Positions 7,768 through 15,337 of a DNA stretch of 34,886 nt are shown here, in pieces. Position 1 is the stretch's first letter. Each line of letters starts with the position of its first letter. The position numbers and the translations under genes were made by a program. The notes under the pieces are model-generated. The model was not told where the DNA came from. It made no database searches and saw nothing but the letters and a program-made list of their open reading frames with translations. Origin of the DNA: Candidatus Undinarchaeota archaeon (lineage in GTDB: Archaea; Undinarchaeota; Undinarchaeia; Undinarchaeales; UBA543); assembly GCA_964636545.1 (NCBI GenBank), contig CAZWSR010000008.1, positions 1 through 34,886 of the forward strand, in the 5' to 3' direction.

Positions 7768-8684
7768 TTCATCGCCTCCCTCAGGTCAATTTTATTAACG
7801 CGTCTTTGCCCAATAACAAATCCTGCTGCCTTATTTGCAAGTTTAGCTGATTCAATATCATCAAGTCCAGAAGAAAGTGCAACAGCGAGAACAGCAACAA
7901 CTGTGTCGCCAGCTCCTGTAACATCGTAAACCTCTTTTGCTTCAACTGGAATCTGTTCTGCATTTCCATTTGAAACAAGCATCATTCCTTCTGCTCCCAT
8001 TGTCATCAAAACCTTTGTTTCAAGCTGTTCTGCTAGCCTTTTCCCAATTTCTTCAGAGGTTCCGTTCTGGCTCTGAACAATTTCTCTAGATTCTTTTAGA
8101 TTTGGAGTAATTATTTCAACTCCTTTGAAAATTTCAGCATTAACTGGTTTTGGATCAACAAGAACTTTCTTTCCTGTCTGCTTTGCAGCTTCAACAATTT
8201 TTTCAGTAATAACACCTTTTGCATAATCAGAAAGCACAATTATGCTTGCGTCTCCTGCTTTTTCAATGAGTGTTTTGATTATTTTTTCTTCATCTTCTGC
8301 ACTAATTCTGTCTTTCTTTTCATTATCAACTCGCAAAAGCTGCTGAAAGTCCTTTGTAACAATTCTTTTCTTCACAGTTGTTGGCCTGTTCTTGTCAATA
8401 ATTATTGAATCTGTTAAAATTCCCATTTCCTCAGCAAGTTTCAAAAATTCTTTTCCTTCCTGGTCGTCTCCAATAACTCCAATAAGATCAACTTGTCCAC
8501 CAAGTTCAGAAACATTCTTTGCAACATTTGCTGCACCACCAAAAACATCCTTAACTTGCTCAAGATTTACAACTGGTACTGGAGCTTCAGGTGAAACTCT
8601 GCTAGCATCTCCAATCAAATAGCGGTCCAGCATCAAGTCTCCTACAATCAATACTTTAACTCCTTCTGGTTTTAAGCCATTCAT
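7764..8684 (-). CDS. rfaE1: D-glycero-beta-D-manno-heptose 7-phosphate kinase (HldA/RfaE1, PfkB family)
   Basis: VGDLMLDRYLIG..SRVSPEAPVPVV, GGAANVA, RPTTVKKR, QQLLRVD, LSDYAKG, VDPK, TPN and DVTGAGDT. Confidence 0.92.
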   Translation of the reverse strand: MNGLKPEGVKVLIVGDLMLDRYLIGDASRVSPEAPVPVVNLEQVKDVFGGAANVAKNVSELGGQVDLIGVIGDDQEGKEFLKLAEEMGILTDSIIIDKNRPTTVKKRIVTKDFQQLLRVDNEKKDRISAEDEEKIIKTLIEKAGDASIIVLSDYAKGVITEKIVEAAKQTGKKVLVDPKPVNAEIFKGVEIITPNLKESREIVQSQNGTSEEIGKRLAEQLETKVLMTMGAEGMMLVSNGNAEQIPVEAKEVYDVTGAGDTVVAVLAVALSSGLDDIESAKLANKAAGFVIGQRRVNKIDLREAMK

Positions 8685-9223
8685 TCAAGAACCTCGCAAA
8701 TTTCATGAAGTATGAAAGCGTGCATTTCCTGTATTCTTGGAACTTCTTTATTTTGTACTTTTACACTAAAATCACATTCTTCTGCAAGTGTTCCAACATT
8801 TCCAGTCAGTGCAATTGTTTTGATGCCTATTTCTTTTGCTTTCTGAGCTGCTTTAACAACATTTTCTGAAGTTCCACTTGTGCTAATAGCAATTAAAACA
8901 TCTCCAGTTTTCCCAAGTGCTTCAACTTGTCGCTCAAAAACCTTGTCATAACTATAATCATTTGCTATTGCTGTCATTACAGCTGGGTTTGCATTTAGTG
9001 AAATACCTTCCAATGGCTTGCGATCTTGTTTGTATTTGCAAACTAATTCTGCAATAAAATGATTAGCATCTGAAGCAGATCCGCCATTTCCGCAAGCAAG
9101 AACTTTGTGTCCGCCAAGCAAACACTCCTTAATCATGTTTGCAGCATTCTCAACTTCGTTCTTCATGCTGAACGCAGACCGCGCTAAGCTTTCTAATTTT
9201 TTAGCATGTTCTTCAAATGTCAT
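8681..9223 (-). CDS. gmhA: Sedoheptulose 7-phosphate isomerase
   Basis: CGNGGSASDANHFIAEL, TAIANDYSY..VFERQVEAL, ISTSGTS.NV and PRIQEMH. Confidence 0.95.
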   Translation of the reverse strand: MTFEEHAKKLESLARSAFSMKNEVENAANMIKECLLGGHKVLACGNGGSASDANHFIAELVCKYKQDRKPLEGISLNANPAVMTAIANDYSYDKVFERQVEALGKTGDVLIAISTSGTSENVVKAAQKAKEIGIKTIALTGNVGTLAEECDFSVKVQNKEVPRIQEMHAFILHEICEVLE

Positions 9224-9271
9224 ACTTTTAGAACTCCTGATTTCGTTATTTAAAGTTAATGAAATGCTAAT

Positions 9272-10243
9272 TTATCTAATTCCAGCCCGTATTTTGCTCT
9301 TCAAACCACTTCCGATTTTAGAATAAGCTCCTGCAGCTAGTTTCAGTGAACTACTGGAATAAATCCGCGTATAATCAGCAATCTCTCCACCCCAACCAAG
9401 TTTGAAGTTTCGAATACCTTCAATGCCTGCTCCAAGCATGTCGTACTTCTCAAAACCGTTTTCATAAGCCCATTTTATCAAGTGCCACTGAATTACATTA
9501 TTTGGATAAAGTTTTGCAAGCTCGCCTTTTATTGAAGCTCCTGTCCAATAATAAATTGTTTTTCCAGAATATGGGAAAGCAGAAACTCCAATTGTTTTTC
9601 CTTGATATTTTGCAAATAAAAGCTTGATTTTGTTTTTTGCATGAAGCCCCTGAATTATTTTTGTGTAAAATTCTTTTGGAAGTGGGTTGTAATCACTTGC
9701 TTTGTATGTCTCAGTTAGCATTTTATGATATTCTTCAATTGCTGTATCAGAATAATCTTCTTCAACTGTAACTCCATCTTTCTCAGCCTTTTTCACACAG
9801 TAGCGGTGTCCTTTTTTGATTATTTTAAAATGCTCATCAGCATTTGGCTGGTTGAATTTGGTGATAATTGTCTGAGCTTTTTCAGCAGAGCCGAATGTTG
9901 TGTTTGTTCCAGGCGGAAGTATCATGAAAAACTTTCCAATCTTACTTTTGAGTTGTTTCAGATAATCATTTATTTCACTGAGCCCCTGCGCCCCGGTGCC
10001 CCTGCACAAAATTCCTAGGTATGCTGTTTCAGTTCCGAAAATCGGTGAAAAACCAATTTCAATTGGTCCCATCTTTTTTCTGAACAACGGACAAATTGCA
10101 TTTTCAAAAACAGCAATTTCACATTTTGTTCCAAGTGATTGCAGTGCAGATAACCACTCATAAGTGTGGAAAGGTGTAGAATTTTCTAATTGTGAATATT
10201 CATCCAGAATTTCCCGCGATTCTTCCAAACTCTTAATTTCCAT
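9272..10243 (-). CDS. FemABX/BioF2-like GNAT-fold acyl or aminoacyl transferase
   Basis: STPFHTYEWL, RYCVKKAEKDGVTV, YYWTGAS, PNNVIQWHLIKWAYENG..KYDMLG...GIRNFKLGWGG. Start moved from 10297 to ATG 10243, which has AGGAG upstream and an 11-nt overlap with the previous gene. Confidence 0.8.
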   Translation of the reverse strand: MEIKSLEESREILDEYSQLENSTPFHTYEWLSALQSLGTKCEIAVFENAICPLFRKKMGPIEIGFSPIFGTETAYLGILCRGTGAQGLSEINDYLKQLKSKIGKFFMILPPGTNTTFGSAEKAQTIITKFNQPNADEHFKIIKKGHRYCVKKAEKDGVTVEEDYSDTAIEEYHKMLTETYKASDYNPLPKEFYTKIIQGLHAKNKIKLLFAKYQGKTIGVSAFPYSGKTIYYWTGASIKGELAKLYPNNVIQWHLIKWAYENGFEKYDMLGAGIEGIRNFKLGWGGEIADYTRIYSSSSLKLAAGAYSKIGSGLKSKIRAGIR

Positions 10244-11135
10244 TTTCTTTCTCTTCTCCTGAAGTCTTGAAAGCTTGAGGGCTTGAAAGCTTCTCATTTA
10301 CCCTCGCAGCAATTTTCATGCAACTTGTTCTCCAGCATTTCTCATCTTTTGAAACAAGATCAACTAACCAAAGATAGAATTCTCTTTGTCTTGGCAAGTC
10401 CTCAGAAAGTGAGCGCTGATGCACGATTATGTTTATTATTTTGTTTTCCTGTTTTGCTTTTTGAATAAGTGCTTCCATTTTCTCTTTTGCTTTCTTAACT
10501 TTCAAATTTTCATAAAATGGGCTGAACATGTAAGTGTCCATTAAGTGAATTGGGATTTCAACAAGACCTTCTGGTGTTTTGTATGCTTGTTTCAGTTCTC
10601 CTGATTTGTCAAACTCAGTTGAATCATATTCATAACCAGATTCTTTCAAGAATTTCAGCATTTCTGGCTTCTGCGCAAGATAATGCATTCGTATTCCTCG
10701 TGGTTTTCTTGTAAGAATGTTGTACAGGGTTGCGTATTCGTCTTTCATTTCATTCAAATTGTCTTGAAACTGCCCATGCACTCCAATTTCAAAATTAAAT
10801 GGAATATTTCGAATACTTCCTTTTGCTTGATCTCTTGTATACCTCAAACCGCGGCCTGAATTCATTGCAAAAAAGAATGTGCTTGGAATTCTGTGTTTAA
10901 AATCAAGATCGCACATCTCATCAACACAATTCCATGAATCTTTTTTTGTGAAAATGGAATTTTTTACAACTTTTAGATAGCTCAGCATACTTCTTCGTAA
11001 TCGGAACACTTCAATCTTGCAAGTAGCTTGGAATTTTATAAGTTCCCAAATACTGTGCTCTTTGTGGCTAAGATGATCTACATCATGGGTGATACAAATT
11101 CCCCAATTATACCCTTCTGGAAGCACTGAGCTCAT
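10233..11135 (-). CDS. Polysaccharide deacetylase family protein (CE4-like)
   Basis: CITHDVD, PSTFFF, EIGVHG, GIRMHYL, YDST, LVEIP and IVHQ motifs. Confidence 0.8.
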   Translation of the reverse strand: MSSVLPEGYNWGICITHDVDHLSHKEHSIWELIKFQATCKIEVFRLRRSMLSYLKVVKNSIFTKKDSWNCVDEMCDLDFKHRIPSTFFFAMNSGRGLRYTRDQAKGSIRNIPFNFEIGVHGQFQDNLNEMKDEYATLYNILTRKPRGIRMHYLAQKPEMLKFLKESGYEYDSTEFDKSGELKQAYKTPEGLVEIPIHLMDTYMFSPFYENLKVKKAKEKMEALIQKAKQENKIINIIVHQRSLSEDLPRQREFYLWLVDLVSKDEKCWRTSCMKIAARVNEKLSSPQAFKTSGEEKENGN

Positions 11136-11180
11136 GTCGGAAGTTTCCTTCAGAAAGTATTTAAGAGTTATTAAGTAATT

Positions 11181-11250
11181 TTCGTTATTCGTAATTCGTT
11201 TTTCGTTATTTGTAAGCGAAAGACGAACAACAAAGAACGAAAAACAAGAA
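11181..11250. repeat. Inverted tandem-heptamer element C (TTCGTWW / ACGAA-type units)
   Basis: TTCGTTA TTCGTAA TTCGTTT TTCGTTA TTTGTAA | GCGAAAG ACGAACA ACAAAGA ACGAAAA ACAAGAA, ending 4 nt before the ATG at 11255. Confidence 0.8.
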
Positions 11251-11254
11251 TAAA

Positions 11255-12544
11255 ATGAAAATAGCAGTTATCGGCACCGGTTATGTTGGCCTTATCACTG
11301 GAGTTGGCTTAGCTAGCAAGGGCCATCAGGTTTCTTGTGTTGATGTAATTGAGAAAAAAGTTGATCAAATCAATAAGGGAATACCGCCGATTTATGAAGA
11401 AGATTTAGAAGAAATGCTGAAAGATGTTCTGAAGAAAGGAAAATTCAATGCAACTCTTGATGCAAAACAAGCAATTCTTGGTTCTGATGTTACTTTTATT
11501 TGTGTTGGAACTCCGTCAAAAGATGATGGTTCAATTGATCTTTCTTATGTTGAAACAGCTGCAAAATCTATTGGTGAAGCATTAAAAGAAAAAGACGGTT
11601 ACAGCGTTGTGATTATGAAGAGCACTGTTCTTCCAGGTACAACTGAAAAAGTCCTAATTCCTGCACTTGAAAAAGAATCTGGAAAGAAAGCTGGAGAAGA
11701 TTTTGGTGTGTGCATGACTCCTGAATTCTTGAGAGAAGGCAAAGCAATTGAAGATTTCCTAAATCCTGACCGCGTTATTGTTGGACAGGTTAATGATAAA
11801 GCAGGAAATGTTGCAAAACGCCTGCACGAAACAAAAGACAGGCCGTTCCTAAGAACAAATCTGCGAACAGCTGAAATGATAAAATATGCAAGTAATGCTT
11901 TTCTTGCAACAAAAATCTCATTCATCAACGAAATTGGAAATATTTGCAAAGAACTTGACATAAACACAATCCAAGTTGCAAGAGGTATGGGCATGGATCA
12001 CAGAATTTCTCCACACTTCCTGCGCCCTGGTGCTGGTTTTGGTGGTTCTTGTTTCCCAAAAGATGTTGAAGCACTTATTCATCAATCAAAAGATGAATTA
12101 AAATATAATCCTGAAATTATTCAATCAGCAATGTCATTAAATGAAAAACAGCCACTCCGGTTAGTTGAACTTGCTGAACGGAAAATCGGCGAACTAAAAG
12201 GAAAAACAGTAGCTATTCTTGGTCTTGCTTTCAAATCAGGCACTGATGACATGCGAGAATCACGCGCCGTTCCTGTTATTAATGCACTTCTTGAAAAAGG
12301 CGTGACTATCCATGCTTATGATCCAAAAGCATCTGAAAATGCAAAAAAGATTTTTGGCGACAAGATTTCTTATGAAGCTTCAATTAATGATGCTTTGAAA
12401 GATGCTGATTTCTGCATGATTGTTACAGAATGGTCTGAGTTTAAGAATATTGACTTTTCTGCAATGAAAGAGAAAATTGTTTTTGATGGAAGGAATATTT
12501 TGGAAAGCAGAGATGGTATTGATTATAATGGATTGTGTTGGTAG
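11255..12544 (+). CDS. ugd: UDP-glucose/GDP-mannose dehydrogenase family protein
   Basis: GTGYVGL, FICVGTPS, KSTVLPGT, PEFLREG, AEMIKYASN.FLA.KISF.NE, catalytic GFGGSCFPKD, and GLAFK..TDDMRES. Confidence 0.92.
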   Translation: MKIAVIGTGYVGLITGVGLASKGHQVSCVDVIEKKVDQINKGIPPIYEEDLEEMLKDVLKKGKFNATLDAKQAILGSDVTFICVGTPSKDDGSIDLSYVETAAKSIGEALKEKDGYSVVIMKSTVLPGTTEKVLIPALEKESGKKAGEDFGVCMTPEFLREGKAIEDFLNPDRVIVGQVNDKAGNVAKRLHETKDRPFLRTNLRTAEMIKYASNAFLATKISFINEIGNICKELDINTIQVARGMGMDHRISPHFLRPGAGFGGSCFPKDVEALIHQSKDELKYNPEIIQSAMSLNEKQPLRLVELAERKIGELKGKTVAILGLAFKSGTDDMRESRAVPVINALLEKGVTIHAYDPKASENAKKIFGDKISYEASINDALKDADFCMIVTEWSEFKNIDFSAMKEKIVFDGRNILESRDGIDYNGLCW

Positions 12545-12611
12545 TCCCTTTTGGAGTTCTTTATAACACGACATATGAACATATATATAGTAGTTAAAAA
12601 TAACCTAAAAT

Positions 12612-13238
12612 ATGCGTGAAATCCGGTTTTCAATAAAACACAAAGGTTGCTGGTCATCAGAAGCAGCTGACAAATTCTTTGATCTTAAAGCTAATCTAAT
12701 CGGGAATGCATTAAAAAATAAGAGATTGTGGAAATTTGAAGCTAAAAATGAGATACAGATTGCAGAATTTTTAAAATTCTTTCAGAATCATAGGTCTATT
12801 GATTATTCAAAACTCGTGTTTCAGCAAGGAAAGTTTGCAGTAGTTCAGGTGCAAACCAGTTCTGACATACTTGATTTAATTTCCAAATATAATTGTCATG
12901 CTGGCTCTGATCTCTCTGTGGCCAATGGTTTTGAGAACTGGACTGTTCTTGCAGAGAGCTCTAAAGGTGCAACTGAGTTGATGAAGGATCTGGATGATCT
13001 TGGTGAAGTTATTGTTGATAAAATAGGCAAACATGATCCAAATAAGAGCCAGTTCCAGCTCACTGACAAGCAATTACATTCAATTAATCTCGCTGTTGCT
13101 TCTGGTTATTACAACTGGCCCCGCCACATTACTCTTGAAGAATTAGCAACAATCCGAAAGGTCTCAAGACGAACTTTCCAAGATCATTTGCGGAAAGCTG
13201 AATCCAAAATCCTTAAGAAAGTTGTTGAAGCACTATAA
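12612..13238 (+). CDS. Archaeal Bat-like HTH (HTH_10) transcriptional regulator
   Basis: The C-terminal LTDKQ..(A)..GYYNWPR.ITLEELA....VSRRTFQDHLRKAESKI is the HTH_10 signature. The N-terminus (HKGCWS) resembles small archaeal Bat-family sensors. Confidence 0.85.
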   Translation: MREIRFSIKHKGCWSSEAADKFFDLKANLIGNALKNKRLWKFEAKNEIQIAEFLKFFQNHRSIDYSKLVFQQGKFAVVQVQTSSDILDLISKYNCHAGSDLSVANGFENWTVLAESSKGATELMKDLDDLGEVIVDKIGKHDPNKSQFQLTDKQLHSINLAVASGYYNWPRHITLEELATIRKVSRRTFQDHLRKAESKILKKVVEAL

Positions 13239-14213
13239 TTAAATTAAAATTCCCCAAAGTAATCCCAAACCATAACTAAAGTGCACAACCAAATATCCTG
13301 CAAACATCCTAATTCCTTCATTTGCGTTTTTTGCAAGTTTTATACATGAATAAATCAGTGGAGCTGCGTAAACCATCCCTCCTGCGAAAAGAACTTGTTT
13401 TGTTATTGGATATATCAAAGACAGTACTGTAAAAACGCAGAAGAATAGCACAAGTGTTGGCGGTGCTAGGTGTATTGGCTTAAAATGGTGTGGGTGCTTT
13501 CTAATCATCTTGAATCTTGCCCACCCGTACCAAAACATCTGCTTTGCAAGTCCAGTGTAGGTTGGCCGCTTGTATTGTTCAACATAAGTCTGCGAAGTGT
13601 ACAACAATCTGTATTTTTTTGAACGCAATCGAATATTCAGCTCAGCATCTTGCCCAATTCTGAATTTTGGGTCATTTAATCCAACATCAACTAGTGCTTT
13701 TTTGCGGTAGAGTGTAAATGAAACAGAATCAACAAAACGATCCTCTTCATCCTGAACCTGAGTTGTTCCAAAACCACCTATTCTACTGTAAAGTATTTTA
13801 CCAACACTTTTCTGGAAATCAGTTGAATCAGTTGGATCTCTGTGCTTGCAACCAACTCCTGCAACATCTTTTGGTTGTTTGTCAAGTTTTCCAACTAATG
13901 TTTTCAAAAGAGTTGGAGCAACTTGGGTGTGTCCAGATAATTGCATTATGTATTTTCCACGAGCTTTTTTAATTCCAATATTACGTCCTGTTCCTGAATC
14001 TTTTTCTGGATTTTCAAAAAGCGACATGCGTACTTTCGATTTTTTCTTCCAAGTGCGGATTATTTTCTTTGTATTGTCTGTTGATTCTCCATCTACAAAA
14101 ATAATTTCATAATCCTTAACTGGGTAATGCTGTTTTACAAGTGTTGGAATAACTCTAGGTAAGTATTTTTCCTCGTTCCGCACAGCTATTACAATAGATA
14201 TTTTAGGTGCCAT
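13239..14213 (-). CDS. Glycosyltransferase family 2 (ExoA-like, with C-terminal TM helices)
   Basis: ISIVIAVRNEE, VDGESTDNT, RNIGI, QDAELNIRL, KQMFWYG.AR and H.SYGLG; the DxD position reads SGH. Confidence 0.85.
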   Translation of the reverse strand: MAPKISIVIAVRNEEKYLPRVIPTLVKQHYPVKDYEIIFVDGESTDNTKKIIRTWKKKSKVRMSLFENPEKDSGTGRNIGIKKARGKYIMQLSGHTQVAPTLLKTLVGKLDKQPKDVAGVGCKHRDPTDSTDFQKSVGKILYSRIGGFGTTQVQDEEDRFVDSVSFTLYRKKALVDVGLNDPKFRIGQDAELNIRLRSKKYRLLYTSQTYVEQYKRPTYTGLAKQMFWYGWARFKMIRKHPHHFKPIHLAPPTLVLFFCVFTVLSLIYPITKQVLFAGGMVYAAPLIYSCIKLAKNANEGIRMFAGYLVVHFSYGLGLLWGILI

Positions 14214-14270
14214 TCAAAATGAGATTAATTTGGGGTATTTAATAGTTTTGTGATTTGTTATTATTTTTGC

Positions 14271-14338
14271 GGGCAGTAGGTAGTGGGTAGTAGGCAGTAG
14301 GTCAGTACCTACTACCAAGTGCCCACCACCTAGTGCCT
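14271..14338. repeat. Inverted tandem-heptamer element B (same family as element A)
   Basis: GGGCAGT AGGTAGT GGGTAGT AGGCAGT AGGTCAGT | ACCTACT ACCAAGT GCCCACC ACCTAGT GCCT. The core GTAGGTCAG(T)ACCTACTACC is shared with 7266-7284. Confidence 0.85.
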
Positions 14339-14399
14339 TTAACCAATTGTGTCAACATTCCTAACCTATTTAAACAATAAACCACGATACTTTTTGGAG

Positions 14400-15332
14400 A
14401 TGGCAGACAAAGTTATTGTTACTGGTGCGGCTGGTTTTATTGGATCAACATTAGCTACTGCATTGTGCAAAAAAGGATATCAAGTTCTTGGAATTGATTG
14501 TTTTACTGATTATTATCCAAGAGAAATCAAGGAAAACAACCTTTCTGCATTGAAAACTGAGCAAAACTTTGAATTTATTGAGGAAAATCTTGCAACTTGC
14601 GATATTTCCAAACTTTTGGAAGGGGTTTCAATGGTTTATCATGAAGCAGCTCAAGCTGGAGTCCGTTACAGCTGGGATCATTTCCAAACTTATATTGATA
14701 ATAACATAATCGCTACCCAGCGACTACTTGATGCTTGCAAGGATGACAAACAAAGAGTTGTTTTTGCTTCATCTTCATCTGTTTATGGAGATGCAAAAGA
14801 ACTTCCAGTAAAGGAAACAAATCCACTTAATCCAATTTCACCTTATGGTGTTACAAAAGTTGCTTGCGAAGAATTAATCAAACTTTACAATGATGCTTGC
14901 CAAATCCCTGCAGTAATTCTCAGATATTTCACTGTTTACGGTCCAAAACAAAGACCAGATATGGCAATTAATATTTTCACTCAAAAGATAATGAATGGCG
15001 AATCATTTGAAATGTTTGGAGATGGTTTGCAGTCCCGCGATTTCACTTATGTTGATGACATTGTTGCTGGAACAATTTCAGCAGCAGAGTCGCCAAAAGA
15101 ATTTGGAATTTACAATCTTGGTGGCGGTGCAACAATAACTGTTAAGGAACTTGTTGACAAACTTGGAGAATTAATTGGAAAAGAACCAAAATACACAACC
15201 TTGGAAGACCAAAAAGGCGATGTCAAACATACTCATGCAGATATTTCACAAGCAAAAGCAGATTTCGGATACGGCCCAGAAACAAAAATTATTGGCGGGC
15301 TTCAAAAATATGTTGAATTCATAAAAGGTTGA
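14400..15332 (+). CDS. NAD-dependent nucleotide-sugar epimerase (UDP-uronate/hexose 4-epimerase-like SDR)
   Basis: TGAAGFIGS, HEAAQAGVRYS, ASSSSVYG, YGVTK (YxxxK), RYFTVYGP.QRPDMA and RDFTYVDD. Start set at ATG 14400 rather than GTG 14349. Confidence 0.9.
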   Translation: MADKVIVTGAAGFIGSTLATALCKKGYQVLGIDCFTDYYPREIKENNLSALKTEQNFEFIEENLATCDISKLLEGVSMVYHEAAQAGVRYSWDHFQTYIDNNIIATQRLLDACKDDKQRVVFASSSSVYGDAKELPVKETNPLNPISPYGVTKVACEELIKLYNDACQIPAVILRYFTVYGPKQRPDMAINIFTQKIMNGESFEMFGDGLQSRDFTYVDDIVAGTISAAESPKEFGIYNLGGGATITVKELVDKLGELIGKEPKYTTLEDQKGDVKHTHADISQAKADFGYGPETKIIGGLQKYVEFIKG

Positions 15333-15337
15333 TACTC

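Noticed and set aside
6093-9223. Evidence for a Gram-negative bacterial origin or LPS
   Set aside because: The window has Alba, ApgM, HTH_10, AglH-like genes and TATA promoters, and no lipid A or Kdo genes.
7247-14338. CRISPR repeats or IS terminal repeats
   Set aside because: The units are 7 nt with no unique spacers. No cas or transposase gene and no clear target-site duplication was seen.
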